64,000 nt of DNA, taken from the NCBI GenBank assembly GCA_029953675.1, contig JAMWBK010000004.1, positions 744,001-808,000 on the forward strand, given 5' to 3'. Origin of the DNA: Rhodosorus marinus CCMP1338 (Eukaryota > Plantae > Rhodophyta). Shown here piece after piece: positions 33,665 to 45,095 of the stretch (its first letter is position 1; each line of letters begins with the position of its first letter). The notes beneath the pieces were generated by a model that saw only the letters and a program-made list of their open reading frames with translations, was not told the origin of the DNA and ran no database searches. The translations under genes and the position numbers were made by a program.

Positions 33665-34605
33665 TTACATGCACATCAAACGGTTTTGTCCCTTTTCTAA
33701 CGCGATTTCTGCTGCTTCTACCTCCCTCTAGGTTTGTAAAACACCTCACTCCTTGAAGCAACAAACTCTTCCTGTTTTACACACTGCTTCACGTTGATGG
33801 AGGATTCCCGAGCGGTATTCCGGGCCTCCCGTATCGCACCGCGAACGAAGTACGAAGCAAAATACCCGTTGAACATTGTGTTCGCGGTGAAACCGGAAAA
33901 GTGTACAAGGTTTTCTGCGCTGGCGGCACTAGAGAGAGCTCAGAGTTGAGCTTCGCAGCTTGTTTCACCAGCATTTGTGCGTCATCAACCTGGTGCCTGG
34001 CTTGTTGTACGGCCATCCTAGCGACATCTGCCTGAGCGTTGCACTTACGCCCCTTATGCCTCCACATATGCTTCGTATTACATACCCAAGCGTTTTCGAG
34101 GTTTTCAACCGCGAGAACCATGCTTTTTCAGCGGCTCTCATCATCTCGAAAGCCTTCTCTTGAGCGTTTGGTTTGCGCGCCGCTTCTCCAGAACGCGAAC
34201 CGCAAGATTCCTCACCGTCATGCTGCGGAACTCCTCAGAATCTACGATGGCGCCCCTGGTGATCTGCTCCGAAACCCACCTCTTCTCGTGTTCCAGGGAT
34301 ACTCGATCCTCGTGTCGACGCTCGCTTCTTCGAAAGTGCGTCTAACACTCTCCGCGGCTTCTCGTACCAGCTTTAGCTCTTTGTCTATCGCCCTCAGTTC
34401 ATATACATCCGCCTTGTTGTTCAAGGTCCACTCCTCGACCTTGTCGACTTATACTTATCGTGCGAACAACCTTTTTAGAGCGCGGCTCTTCTCTTTTCTC
34501 AGCCGTGCTGAAGACAGGTCAGCCTTCCGCTGAGCTGCCATCCTCTGTATCTCCAACTTTTCCAATTTGTGGTATTGGTGCACAAGATGGCCTCCAACCC
34601 ACTCG
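33665..34605 (-). pseudogene. Pseudogene paralog of the coiled-coil genes at 38055 and 41444
   Basis: Fragments NKADVYELRAI, ERRHEDRVSLEHEK, LAVENLENAWVCNTK and MFNGYFASYFVRGAIREA fall in different frames. There are several frameshifts, one at an (ag)n run near 33930; the paralog-equivalent stop is at 33665. Confidence 0.85.
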
Positions 34606-34909
34606 TTTGTATGGGCTAATCAAGTTTGTCTAAAGAGAAAGGGTCACATTTTATATATAAAAAGAGTAATATCGCTATTTCTACTACTGTTTCAGGGTTG
34701 GATACTGGACTAAGGCTTTCGTTCCTTGACTTTGACAGCTTTGAATCGCTTTCATGTCCATCATGGAGGTCAGCCTCTGATATGTTACTAGGAAAGTGTT
34801 ATCCGGTCTACTCCATGCAAGCCCACCGAAAACTGGGTAGTGCTTTTAGTAAGACCGCCGAGCAGCAGCTCATCGACATTCAACATCCGATCAGATTTTC
34901 TCGGTTTAG

Positions 34910-35200
34910 TCGAACGAACGAATGGTTTAATCGGAGGCTGAAAAAAAAACCCCGAGGGGAAAAAAAGACTAAGCGCGGCGAAGTACTCGCGCCTTCAACA
35001 TCAAAGCGGCATTCATGCGCCACAGCAGGAAACTTAAGCGGGTAAACAACGATTGAAGACGGTCAGGGCGTTCGCGGAACAACTCCCGAAGCCAGCGAGA
35101 ACCAACAGAGTCCATGAACCCAAAGCACTCAATGATCAGGGGTACCAAGCGATGTGCTAGTGCCGAAGCACGAACACCAGAGGAAGACAAAGCCCCCGCG
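34910..35200 (-). mobile_element. Family A 3' fragment
   Basis: ORF 34969-35190 is almost identical to the end of 25405-26016. Confidence 0.9.
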
Positions 35201-35343
35201 TGTTTGATCTAGTCAGAGCCATATTTTTACCGATTTCTAATTATAACCTGCCAAAAGTACTTTTTTCTCTTAAATTCGAGAAGTTCTGAAAAAAAAATCT
35301 AAGGAGTTATTTTCAGAAAATTGGTTTTTTGGAAGGTTTGATG

Positions 35344-36700
35344 TTTGTGTCCACTGGACTTTGTGTCCACTGGCTTTATTGGACTTTACTTGGACTTGGA
35401 CTTTACTGGACTTTACTAGCATAGCCTGAAGCGCTACGCAAGGCGTGAAGATGAACTAATAACTAGGGAGGGAAGCATGCAACCCCAAGGCAAAACTTTA
35501 CTAGCATAGCCTGAAGCGCTACGCAAGGCGTGAAGATGAACTAATAACTAGGGAGGGAAGCATGCAACCCCAGGCGCCGATGGCGCGCCTCGGAAAGCAT
35601 GTGGCTGGAATATCGCCAAAGGGAGACACTTAAACGCCTCAAGAGCGCCAAATATTCAGTAGGATGCTCAGCAAAACATTTCCGCAACCACTCTAAACCC
35701 GACTTATCCACGTGACCAAAGCTTTCCACAATGAATGGCTGGAACCGGTGAGAGCGACCCTCAGCGCAAGGCAGGCTTTATTAGCATAGCCTACAGCGCT
35801 ACGCAAACCGTGAAAAGGAACTAAAAACTAGGTAGGGAAGCGTGCAAACCCAGGCGCCTCCTGCGCTCCTCGGCAAGCATGCTGCTCGAATATCGCCACA
35901 GAGAGACACTTAAGCGCCGCAAAAGTTCCAAGTATTCAACAGGATGCTCAGTGAAACATTTCGGCAACCACTCCAAACCCGACTTCTCCACGCGACCAAA
36001 GCTTTCCACAATGAAAGGCTGGAACCGGTGGGAGCGACCCTCAGCGCGAGGCAGGCTGGCCATACTCTCAGCATACCGTCGTTTCTTCACGCGGCGAAGG
36101 GCCGAAGCAGCTGCTCCCCGGCGGCGGGCGGCAGCCGTCAGATGGGCGCTTGCCACAGGGCTTGTAATCGCGAGGTCAACATATGCTGAGCGTCTGGCGG
36201 CAGCATCGGAGACGTGGAGATCGGCGATACAGCGGGGCCGTGCCCTATCCGAGACCGATCTGGGCAGTTCCGATTCCACCTCAACCGTATGCCCTACCCG
36301 AGTCAAACATTCGCTGAGAATGCACTTGAAGCGAGTGTGACGCCTCGTACGAAGACCTCTCAACAGTCCGCATGAACCTAAGAAATGGTAGCCACAAGCA
36401 TCGATCCGACTCTCACATCCCTGACAGAAAGACGGCCGATTAGAGTGCCACGGAGCTTGTGGCAAACCCAGGTAAATCCGTGCGGCAGAGCGAAACTGGA
36501 AGGCATCCAGACGGTGACCCAGAGATGACGGCAGGGTCGTTAACCACAAATGTGATAGATAGCCTCCCATGCCGCGGAGCCGAGCGGCGGTGGTAGGCGG
36601 TGTGAGTGGAGAGTTGAGCAAGAGTGCGTGAGCGCCAGGCAGGCTGCTCAGTGAAACATTTCCGCAACCACTCCAAACCCGCCTTCTCCACGTGATCAAA
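35344..36700 (-). mobile_element. Head-to-tail array of family B copies; the longest (35774-36640) keeps an open REL-endonuclease frame
   Basis: ARLRGMGG...WLTTLP...FRSAARIYLGL...CQGC...HFLGSC...RTRRH...IADL...YVDLAITSP...FQPFIVESFG. Shorter copies lie at 35495-35777 and 35344-35490. Confidence 0.9.
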
Positions 36701-36844
36701 GCCCGTGTCCACTAGAAGGGCACGCCTACTCTCGTGCAGTTTGACCTTGTTGAGGGCCAACCTGCCGAGAGTAGAGGTGACACATTCTCCTCTATTGAGG
36801 GTCAGTCTATTCATGGAGGTAGTTATCTGTTCTGTACTGAGTGC

Positions 36845-37190
36845 AGAGGGGCAGCAGCTTCTGTACCGTGTGAAGGAACGACGGTACGCTGAGAGTATAG
36901 CCAGTCTTCCCCGGGGGGAGGGCTGGTCTCACAGGTTCCAGCCTTTCATTGTAGAAAGCTCTGGGCATCTGAAAATTCAAGCTTGGATTGGCTGCGCACA
37001 TTTTTCGCGGAACATCCTTAAGAATATCTGGCTCCTCCGACGTTTAAGTGTCGGGTCTCTCGGGCGGTATTCTAGCAACATGCTCGCCGAAGCGCGCCAC
37101 CGCCGCCTGGGCTTGCATACTGTTCTCCCTAGTCCCTGTTTACTTTTACACCTTGCGTAGAGCATCAGGCTATGTTATTAAAACTACTAC
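36845..37190 (+). mobile_element. Family B 3' fragment, diverged
   Basis: Encodes RVKERRYAESIASLPRGEGWSHRFQPFIVESSGH and ends ggctatgttattaaaac. Confidence 0.8.
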
Positions 37191-38054
37191 CACCACCAAC
37201 ATGACGGGGCTTTTACTGGTGCAAACAGAGAGCTCGGCTCCCCAGGGGAGGTGCTGACTAGCGAAAGAATTCTTTGGTCATAGCTGGATTATGCTCACAT
37301 TATCACCTCTACCACGATTTTTTTAGGTCCGGAATAGGGCTTTTTACTGGACTTTACTAGAACGCTCCAAGATCTAAAGAAATCGCTAAAGAAATCGACC
37401 CTGGTGATCATGCCTCGGGCAACCGGACAAAACAGAACATACCTGTAAGTCGGCTTTCCAGAGGTGGAATGTATGGGACAGTCCATGCCCTATAATGGTG
37501 AAGTTGGGACGCTGTCACTGAGAGCGTTTTTGCGCTTTGAAAATAAGGGTAAGCGCAGCAGTAATTTTTCTCTCCTTACTCGGGGCTGGAATTGTGAGTG
37601 CTCGTTTGGTGGGGGGTGAAAATCAGCAAGAAGGCTACTTATAAAGGTTCAGTGTATACGGAGGCGCTTACAAACGCCGAGGCTTTGCATTCTGAGGTTT
37701 TTCATCGGGTTTTCCCTTAGTTTCAGACGCCCTTAGCTTCTTGGATAGCGCTTGGGAGTTCTGGGGGGTGTTTGGGTGCCTGACCCTGAACTCCCTCGTG
37801 CGCTTTCTCGACTGCATGCTTCCTTGAGTCTGACTGTATGGCGCTATAATGCTGCCTTAGTTCTGGAAGCGCTTTCTCGGCGCACTTTCTATTGTACCTC
37901 GTTCGGGGATCTCAACCTCCAATTGAATCTGTCTGATATGTTCAGTCAATATTCCGCTCATTTCGGTGGTGGTTGTGTTCTGGAAATGTGCAAAAGGAGC
38001 TCGGTTGTAGAAGAGCGTAGACACACGATTTCGGTCTAAGGATTTCAATTTAAT

Positions 38055-39086
38055 TTACATGAATATCAGTCGGACTTGTTCCTTTTCAAGAGCAGTTTCT
38101 GTTGCTTCCACCCCCTCCTCGGCGTTTTTAACATCTGCATGGGCCTGTGAAACTTTAAGCTCTTGCTGCTCTACCAATTGTTTCACTAGGGCGGAGGATC
38201 TTCGAGTAGTTTTCAGGGCCTCCTTTATTGAACCCCGTACAAAGTAAGCTCCATACCCGTCGAACATCGTACTTGATCTGAAACCGGAAAAGTCGCCAAG
38301 GTTTTCTGCGTCGACGGCACTGGAGAGCTCGGGATTGAGGTTGTCACATTGCCTCACCAACGTTTGCGCCTCATCAACTTGGCGTTTGGCATGTTGCACC
38401 GCCATCCTTGTTACATCCGCGTAGGCGTTGCGTCTGCGTCCTCTGCGCCTCCACACCTGCTTTGTGTTGCACACCCACGCGTTTTCAAGACTCTCAACCG
38501 CGATATCCAATATTTTTCCCGCTGATATCAACATCTCCAGCGCCTTCTCTTGAGACCATTGGTCTCTCTGACGCATCTCCAGGGCGTGGAGCGCAAGATT
38601 CCTCTCCATCGTGCAGCGGCCCTCCTCGGGGTCCCGTACGGTGACAGTGAAGATCTGCGCTAGAACCCGTTTCCTCTCATTTTCCAGGAATGTTCGATCT
38701 TCCTCTCGACGCTTCATATCTTCCAAACCGCGTCGAGCGTTATCCGTGGCTTCTCGTAGCAAATCCAGCTGTGTCTCTATCCCCCTCAGCTCACAAGCAT
38801 CAGCTTTGTTTTTCAAGGTCCACTCCTCGACAATGTCGTTGTATGATTCCCGTGCAAACAACTTCTTCAGTACGTAGCTCTTCTCTTGCCGCAACCTGTA
38901 GGATGACTGGTCAGCCTTCTGCTTTGCCGCCATCCTCTGTATCTCCAGCTTGTCGGACCTGTTGGTGTTGGTGCGGACGATGGCCTCCAACGCATTCCTT
39001 TTAGCTTTGTAGCCATCAAACTCCCTGAGTTTTTCTTTCAAGTCCAGGTACTCCTCCCGCATGTACTCAAGTTCAGACGAAGCCAT
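38055..39086 (-). CDS. Predicted coiled-coil protein of unknown function, intronless
   Basis: 344-codon open frame, E/K/R/Q/L/A-rich and colinear with 41444-42514. First ATG is at 39086. Confidence 0.8.
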   Translation of the reverse strand: MASSELEYMREEYLDLKEKLREFDGYKAKRNALEAIVRTNTNRSDKLEIQRMAAKQKADQSSYRLRQEKSYVLKKLFARESYNDIVEEWTLKNKADACELRGIETQLDLLREATDNARRGLEDMKRREEDRTFLENERKRVLAQIFTVTVRDPEEGRCTMERNLALHALEMRQRDQWSQEKALEMLISAGKILDIAVESLENAWVCNTKQVWRRRGRRRNAYADVTRMAVQHAKRQVDEAQTLVRQCDNLNPELSSAVDAENLGDFSGFRSSTMFDGYGAYFVRGSIKEALKTTRRSSALVKQLVEQQELKVSQAHADVKNAEEGVEATETALEKEQVRLIFM

Positions 39087-40224
39087 CACGTCTTCTCAAC
39101 TTTGCTGGTTCTCTCTGAGGTTTAGTCCGAACTATTCTTCCGTTTCTGTTCTTTACTTCTCGTTATAAACTCTTCTATTTGTGTTTTGCCAACTCCTGGT
39201 CGTCTTCATCCATCTACCGGATGGGGGAGTTCTTTATAGGCACTCGTCCACCATCTTCATATCTGACCATCCACCTCGACCCACCTCTCGAATTCGGTTA
39301 GACGTCAGGATCAAACCACTGTCAATTCAGCTACCATCTATACAAAAACCACTCCCAGCTTATTCCATCCCATGCGCATAACGTCACCTCAGGCTCACTG
39401 TAAGTGTTCACGCGCGCAGTCCGTCTCTGTAAAAAACAACACCCAGCAGGTCACATCAAAACAGATAACATACAGGCCATTACCTGCTGCTACTGCTTTC
39501 TCTACTGCCACACGACCGGAAATCAGCAACGCACATCCGAAGAAGTCCCGCACACCATACGGGGAGGTTGATAAACCATCCGATGTAGGTGTCAGCCTTG
39601 AAGCACGTCCAGCATTTTACTGGACGTGCAATATTATGGCTGGATGACTCTACTGGCCGTGCAAAATTCATTTTGAATATATATTCAGGTTTAATCAATG
39701 GAACGTGCTATAGATACGAAATAAACATTCTAGATGATGGAAAACATGCTAGAATTAGGAACGATGGGCTCTTCGGCTGGTGGTTTTGCCGGATGTGACG
39801 GACTCTATGTCTGCCGCGTTCTTCGTCTTTGTGGCTGTACCAGCTTATCCTCAGGGCCTCACGTAGGAACTATTCAGAGAGGATCTCGTTTATATCTCAT
39901 TGGAGCTGTCCCCTAAGCTGCGTCCAGTCTCCTGGGCTGTGAAGCCGGAGGGTAGAAATGGTGACTAGAACAGGTGGAGCTGTTGGAGGATCTCGGATTG
40001 GCCCACGAATCTCTTCCTTAGCCAAATCGTCGCAGAAATATTTCAGAATAATGTAATAACGTGCGGTCTGACAGCCACCGACGAGAGTGGAGGGGGGCGG
40101 AAGAAGTTGCGGGGAGTGAATCAAGCAGAGGAGAAGGATGAAGAGTTCCAAAGAGTTTACAAAGAAGACGTCTTCAAAAGCATCCAGGTAGACTCAAACA
40201 AGGATGAAAGCCTCTTCAACAAGG

Positions 40225-40709
40225 TTAGTTACATGGCAGATCTCCTGGCAACGGACCCCCGCCGCCAGACGCTCAACATATGTGGACCTCGCCCCCAAAC
40301 ACCCCGTGTCAAGTACCTATATCCCCTCTGCCGCTCTCCGCGGGGGGCGGGGTGAGGGGGGAGGGGGGGCCAGCAGCTTCTGTACTTCGCCGACCGAAGG
40401 AACGACGGTATGCCGAGAGCATTGACAGTCTCCCATGGTCAGGGGCCCGTTCTCACAGGTTCCAGCCTTTCATTGAGGAAAGCTTTGGGCATCTGGAAAA
40501 GCCCAGCTTTGAGTGGCTGCGGATTTTGTTTTTATAACCATCCTGTTGAATATCCGGGACTCCTCTGCCGATTAAGTGTCGCTCTCTGGCCATATTCTAC
40601 AGCATGCTCGCATGTCACGCCACCGCCGTCTGGGTTTGCACGCTTTTCTCCCTAGTTCCCACTGCCCCTGCACGCCTTGCGAAGCGCTTCAGGCTACGCT
40701 AGTAAAACC
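40225..40709 (+). mobile_element. Family B-related 3' fragment with complete end
   Basis: Encodes RRSTYVDLA, KERRYAESI and RFQPFIEESFGH; ends ggctacgctagtaaaacc. Confidence 0.8.
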
Positions 40710-41135
40710 TCGTGGTCACCTGTGACGATAGCCGCCGTACGACCTGCGTTGATCTTGCTGTTCCTAATTCTGAGGCTAGTCGCTATTTGCCGACTGCGGG
40801 AGAGCGCCGTGGATATACCGCTGCCAATATCAGACGTCGCAAAGAGTCGAAATATGCGGGGGCCTTGTCTTCCCCAGGGCATTCGTGCTTCGGCTCTAAC
40901 TCATCGCGCCTGGTACCTCCGGTGATTGAGTGCTTTGGGTTTGTGGATTCCGATGGTTCCCGTTGCCTTCGGGAATTGTTCCGCGAACGCCCTGACCGTC
41001 TGTCCTCGTTCACCAGCTTAAATTTCTTTCTGTGGAGTATGAACGCTGCTTTGATGTTGGATTCGCGCGATCTTCGCTGCACTCAGTCTTTTTTTTCCCT
41101 CGGGTTTTCTTTCTTTCGGCCTCCGTTTAAACAAA
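40707..41135 (+). mobile_element. Family A 5'-truncated fragment fused directly to the preceding family B end
   Basis: Starts mid-motif at (D)LVVTCDDSRRTTCVDLAVPN; 3-nt overlap ACC at the junction. Confidence 0.85.
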
Positions 41136-41443
41136 TACATTCAGTAAAACCACCGTTCTTATTCTATTTTATTTTATTTTATTTTATCCAATGAATAACC
41201 GTTATTTCACATGATAGGCAATCATTCAATTTCCCGCCAATTCAAAACCAATCTGAATCAATCTGAATCAAGGTGGGTTTATTTATATGTGCATACTCGA
41301 TTCCGCCCAATCGATAGCGGGGGCAAATTCATTCTTGAAGAGGTGGGGGGGGGGTTGAACGGAGAATTCCAACACCTGGCTCGGGGAGATGGGAAGTATT
41401 CCCCAACTATATATCGCCCGGCCCGCGTAGGGAATTTATTTAC

Positions 41444-42514
41444 TCACCGGGGGAGTGAATCCCCCCTCCCAACTGTTTGCATAAATGCCACTCGGACCTG
41501 CTGATTTTCTAGAGCAGTTTCTGCTTTTTCTACCTCCTCCTCGGCCTCTTTGACATCTGTAACGCACTCTTGGACCAAAAGCTCTTGTTGCTTTACGCAC
41601 TTTTCCACGACGATGGACGATTGCCGGGTGGTTTTCAACGCCTCCTTGATCGCACGGCGTACACGGTAGGCACCATACCCGTCAAACTTAGCATTCGACT
41701 TGAAACCGGAAAAGTCACCAAGGCTATCTCCGCTGATGGTTTTTGATAGTTCAGAATTGAGTTTGGCAGCTTGTTTCGCCAACGCTTGAGCCTCCTCAAC
41801 CTGTCGCCTGGCTTGTTGCATGGCCATCCTCGCTACACTCGCGTCAGTCTTGTTGTACTTACGCCCTTCTGCGCTCTTTACCACCTGCTTCGTATTGCAC
41901 AGGAACGCGTTCTCAAGATTTTCAACCGCAAGACCCATGTTCTTCTCTGCCGATTTCATCTGCTCGAGTGCCTTCTCCTGAGAAGTTTGGTGGGTTCGCC
42001 GTCTCTCCAGGACATGTAGCGCAAGGTTCCTCTCCTTACTGCAACGGGTGACTTCAGAGTCTGCTGCGACAGCACTTAAACAGCGCTCCAAAACCTTTTT
42101 CTTCTCCATTTCTAGGAACAATCGGTCTTCGTTTCGAAGTCTCACATCTTCTAAACTCTTTCGAGCATTTTCCGCGGCCGCTCGCAGCGACTCGAGCCGT
42201 TCGTCTATTATGCTCAGCTCGTTCAAATCCAGCTTGTTCGTCAAGGTCCACTCTTCGACCTTCTCGTTGTATGGTCTTCGTACAAACACCTTCTTCGATG
42301 CGCGCTTCTTCTCCCTTACCAACCTTTCTGATGACTGGTCAGCCTTCTCCTGAGCCGCCTTCCTCCGCACCTCTAGTTTGTCCGATTTCTCAGCATTGGT
42401 CCTCATGATGGCCTCCAGCCCAGTCATTGAGCTTCTACAATCGTCATACCCCTTCAACTGTTCTTTAATGTCCAGGTACTGGTGTCTCATGTACTCAACT
42501 CGACCAGGTTCCAT
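41444..42514 (-). CDS. Predicted coiled-coil protein of unknown function, paralog of 38055-39086
   Basis: Shares AVENLENA, GDFSGF...FDGYGAY.VR..IKEALKTTR.SS with its paralog. First ATG is at 42514. Confidence 0.8.
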   Translation of the reverse strand: MEPGRVEYMRHQYLDIKEQLKGYDDCRSSMTGLEAIMRTNAEKSDKLEVRRKAAQEKADQSSERLVREKKRASKKVFVRRPYNEKVEEWTLTNKLDLNELSIIDERLESLRAAAENARKSLEDVRLRNEDRLFLEMEKKKVLERCLSAVAADSEVTRCSKERNLALHVLERRRTHQTSQEKALEQMKSAEKNMGLAVENLENAFLCNTKQVVKSAEGRKYNKTDASVARMAMQQARRQVEEAQALAKQAAKLNSELSKTISGDSLGDFSGFKSNAKFDGYGAYRVRRAIKEALKTTRQSSIVVEKCVKQQELLVQECVTDVKEAEEEVEKAETALENQQVRVAFMQTVGRGDSLPR

Positions 42515-44405
42515 CTCGTCTGCTTCACGTCTCACCACCAGTAGGGATGTCTGTTCAGGTGATTCCTTTTCGTCAAAGTGTCTCCTTGCCGTCGCGTCCT
42601 CAACCGCGTCTTGTCACCATCTGGTGAGCTCTTCATTCTGCCGTCCCGCTACCATAGCAATCGCTCCTTATATCTTCTCTATCACGTTCCCGTTGTATCC
42701 CAACAATCTTAGGTCGAATTCGTTTCGATATGCAAGTCTAACCGAATTCACGAAACGTTCGGAGCGGCGATCGTCTATAGGCATCCTCCTTTCGCTCTTG
42801 ATCTACGCCATTAGAAGGTACGGCCCCACAACTCTTACACAAGTCTTCAAATAGAAAGGACCCTCGATTCCCTCTTGCCGCAGACCAGGAGTAGCTAACT
42901 TCCGTCCTCAAATTAGTCTAAGAAAGAACCCTTCTGAACATACACACCCTTCAGAACCAGTAAGTAGATGCAACAACGTTTAGAGTGGTCATCACATCGC
43001 ACTTAGTTGGAATGGCGCCCAGGCCACTCAGCAAAAACGATTGTATTCAGTCAATATAATCGTCATGAATTTGAATTGTGTAAAAAGTCACCTGTTTCCA
43101 TTTATAGGAGTTCGATCTATTTCGTCATTTTTGCATTTAAATTCGTGTGGATTTGGAGTTAGTAACTAGACAATGCTTTATCTGGGGTCACATAAGTCTA
43201 TAATAAAGCCAACTAGTCAAAATTAGTTTTATTTCGCATTCATAGTTTTAGTTTAGAAGATTTGGAGACAATTTTTGGTGGGCGCTGTACAGATCTGGCT
43301 GACAGCTTCTTTTAAACCAATCCAGATCAGTGTTTGAAAGAGGTACCAATCAACGTGAGACTTAACTCTTATGGGATCATCACCCTTGTTTTTTCTTCAT
43401 TTATAAATGTATTTCTTTTCCCTACCGTCAATATAACAATAATGTATTGGCGACTACTTTCCTGATGAACCAGTTAATTAAATGTACTTCGTCTTAAACC
43501 AATAATAGTCTACGATTTTGAAACAGAAGTATTTTGTATTTAAAAAGTGTAATATTCCGTTTGCTAACTGTCAGTCAGAAAAACGGTGTCGATCTCGACA
43601 TGAACATAATGGCTGCCTGCGTTCTGTTCGAAGGGGAGATTGCCATTCAACTTCGTCCATACCTCAGCTTACTGGAAGATGCATAGTTCAGCAACATCTA
43701 TGGAGTCCAATCGAGGCCAGTGGATAGTCTTGGTCATTGGGGAAAGCTCTTGTCCAGCTTTCATCCGTTTGAAAAGTATCGCCTTAGGAAACCAAATGTG
43801 AAGGTCAAAGAGAAAGCAACGGTGTCAGCTGGAGAGCGTAGCGAAATTGGATCGTCTGTCAACTTCTACGGATAGATGTGAAGACACCTGCTAGGTTACG
43901 GATGGTTCACTTTGAGTTAGGAAATATGAGGAGGAAACCTCGTACTTCCCCGGAGATTGGACTGAAATCAACCTTCGCTTGTGGATTGCGTCACCTCCTT
44001 GATTCGGCTGATCGTGAATGGCAGTTCTAAATGGGCGCGCTGCACCATTAGTCTTTTTTATGGCTTGGTGGTGTTAGAAAAATAGTCTTAAGCGCTACTC
44101 AGGGCGGCATGCGAACTACGTACTAGGGACAAGTATGGTATATACAGTGTACTGGTGGTTTTGCTAGCATAGCCTTAAGTTGTAGTGCTCTAGAATATTC
44201 TTCTTCCAAGGAATGGGGTTTGCACACACATAGCGTATGTGCTCATCAATGAACACTGCAATGTAGTTGCTACGTTTGGGTGGGTGCTTTCATGAGGACG
44301 AGTTCATCCGTGTGGATGGAGGCACCCACTACTGGTGTCTCTTCCATCCTCGTGCGCAGTTATATCTGGTGCTCCTCGTCGCTTATGGAACAGGGACGGT
44401 GGTGG

Positions 44406-44566
44406 GAGCTCCTGTCTGAAGATGACACTTGTTGGGACCCAAGAGGAAATGCTCCAAAATATGGATAATCGAAGAGCAAAATCGAGCCCAGATGTCCTCC
44501 GGAGTATCCATGTTTTGGACAGTTTCCTCTTGCGAGCCAGCAAGTGTCATCTTCAGACAAGAGCTC
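44406..44566. repeat. Inverted repeat with 62-bp arms (44406-44467 and 44505-44566)
   Basis: gagctcctgtctgaagatgacacttg...aaaatatggata versus tatccatgttttgg...caagtgtcatcttcagacaagagctc. Confidence 0.85.
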
Positions 44567-44904
44567 ACTATCCACTTGCAACCACAGCCAGTGGCGCTAA
44601 AGAAAGCTTAGACAAGCAGGGAATGTAAGGTTTGGTTCTGGTTTGTAACACGTTTCCTTGAAGGGGCAATGGCATCTCCAACAAAAGTTCCTGCGATGGA
44701 GAAAAGATTTTCAGTGAAAATCGTACAAAATCTGTACAACTTTCAAAGGTAAAATCTCCCTCTAGCTGAGCTGTGAAGAAGGAAATATAGGTAGGTCAGA
44801 AATTGCTCAAGGAGGAACTGTACGCAGTACATTTAGTTCGAATCCTGGACAAATTTCAAAGACAACGTTCTTCATCGCCAACATGCAGCGCAGAATAGAT
44901 TAAG

Positions 44905-45095
44905 GATGTTGGCTCCTCGAAGCGTTCCGTGAGCGCCCCGACCGGATCTCCTCGCTCTTCACCGGGTTCAGTTTCCTGTTATGACTTATGAACGCGGCCT
45001 TGTTGTCCTAGGCGCGTGATCTAACTCTTGCAGTGATTTTCCTCTTGCAGTGATCTTCCTCTTGCAGTGATCTTTTCTTTTTAGTCTCCAATATA
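44905..45095 (+). mobile_element. Diverged family A 3' fragment containing a 17-bp x3 tandem repeat (45025-45075)
   Basis: gttccgtgagcgccccgaccgg...; (ctcttgcagtgat(t/c)tt(c/t))3. Confidence 0.7.

Noticed and set aside
35879-36340. Recurrent antisense ORF in family B copies (also 32605-32934)
   Set aside because: The copies are nearly identical in DNA, so a shared open antisense frame is not evidence of selection.
40341-40370. G-run cluster (potential G-quadruplex)
   Set aside because: It lies within a decayed element as a low-complexity expansion. No supporting context.
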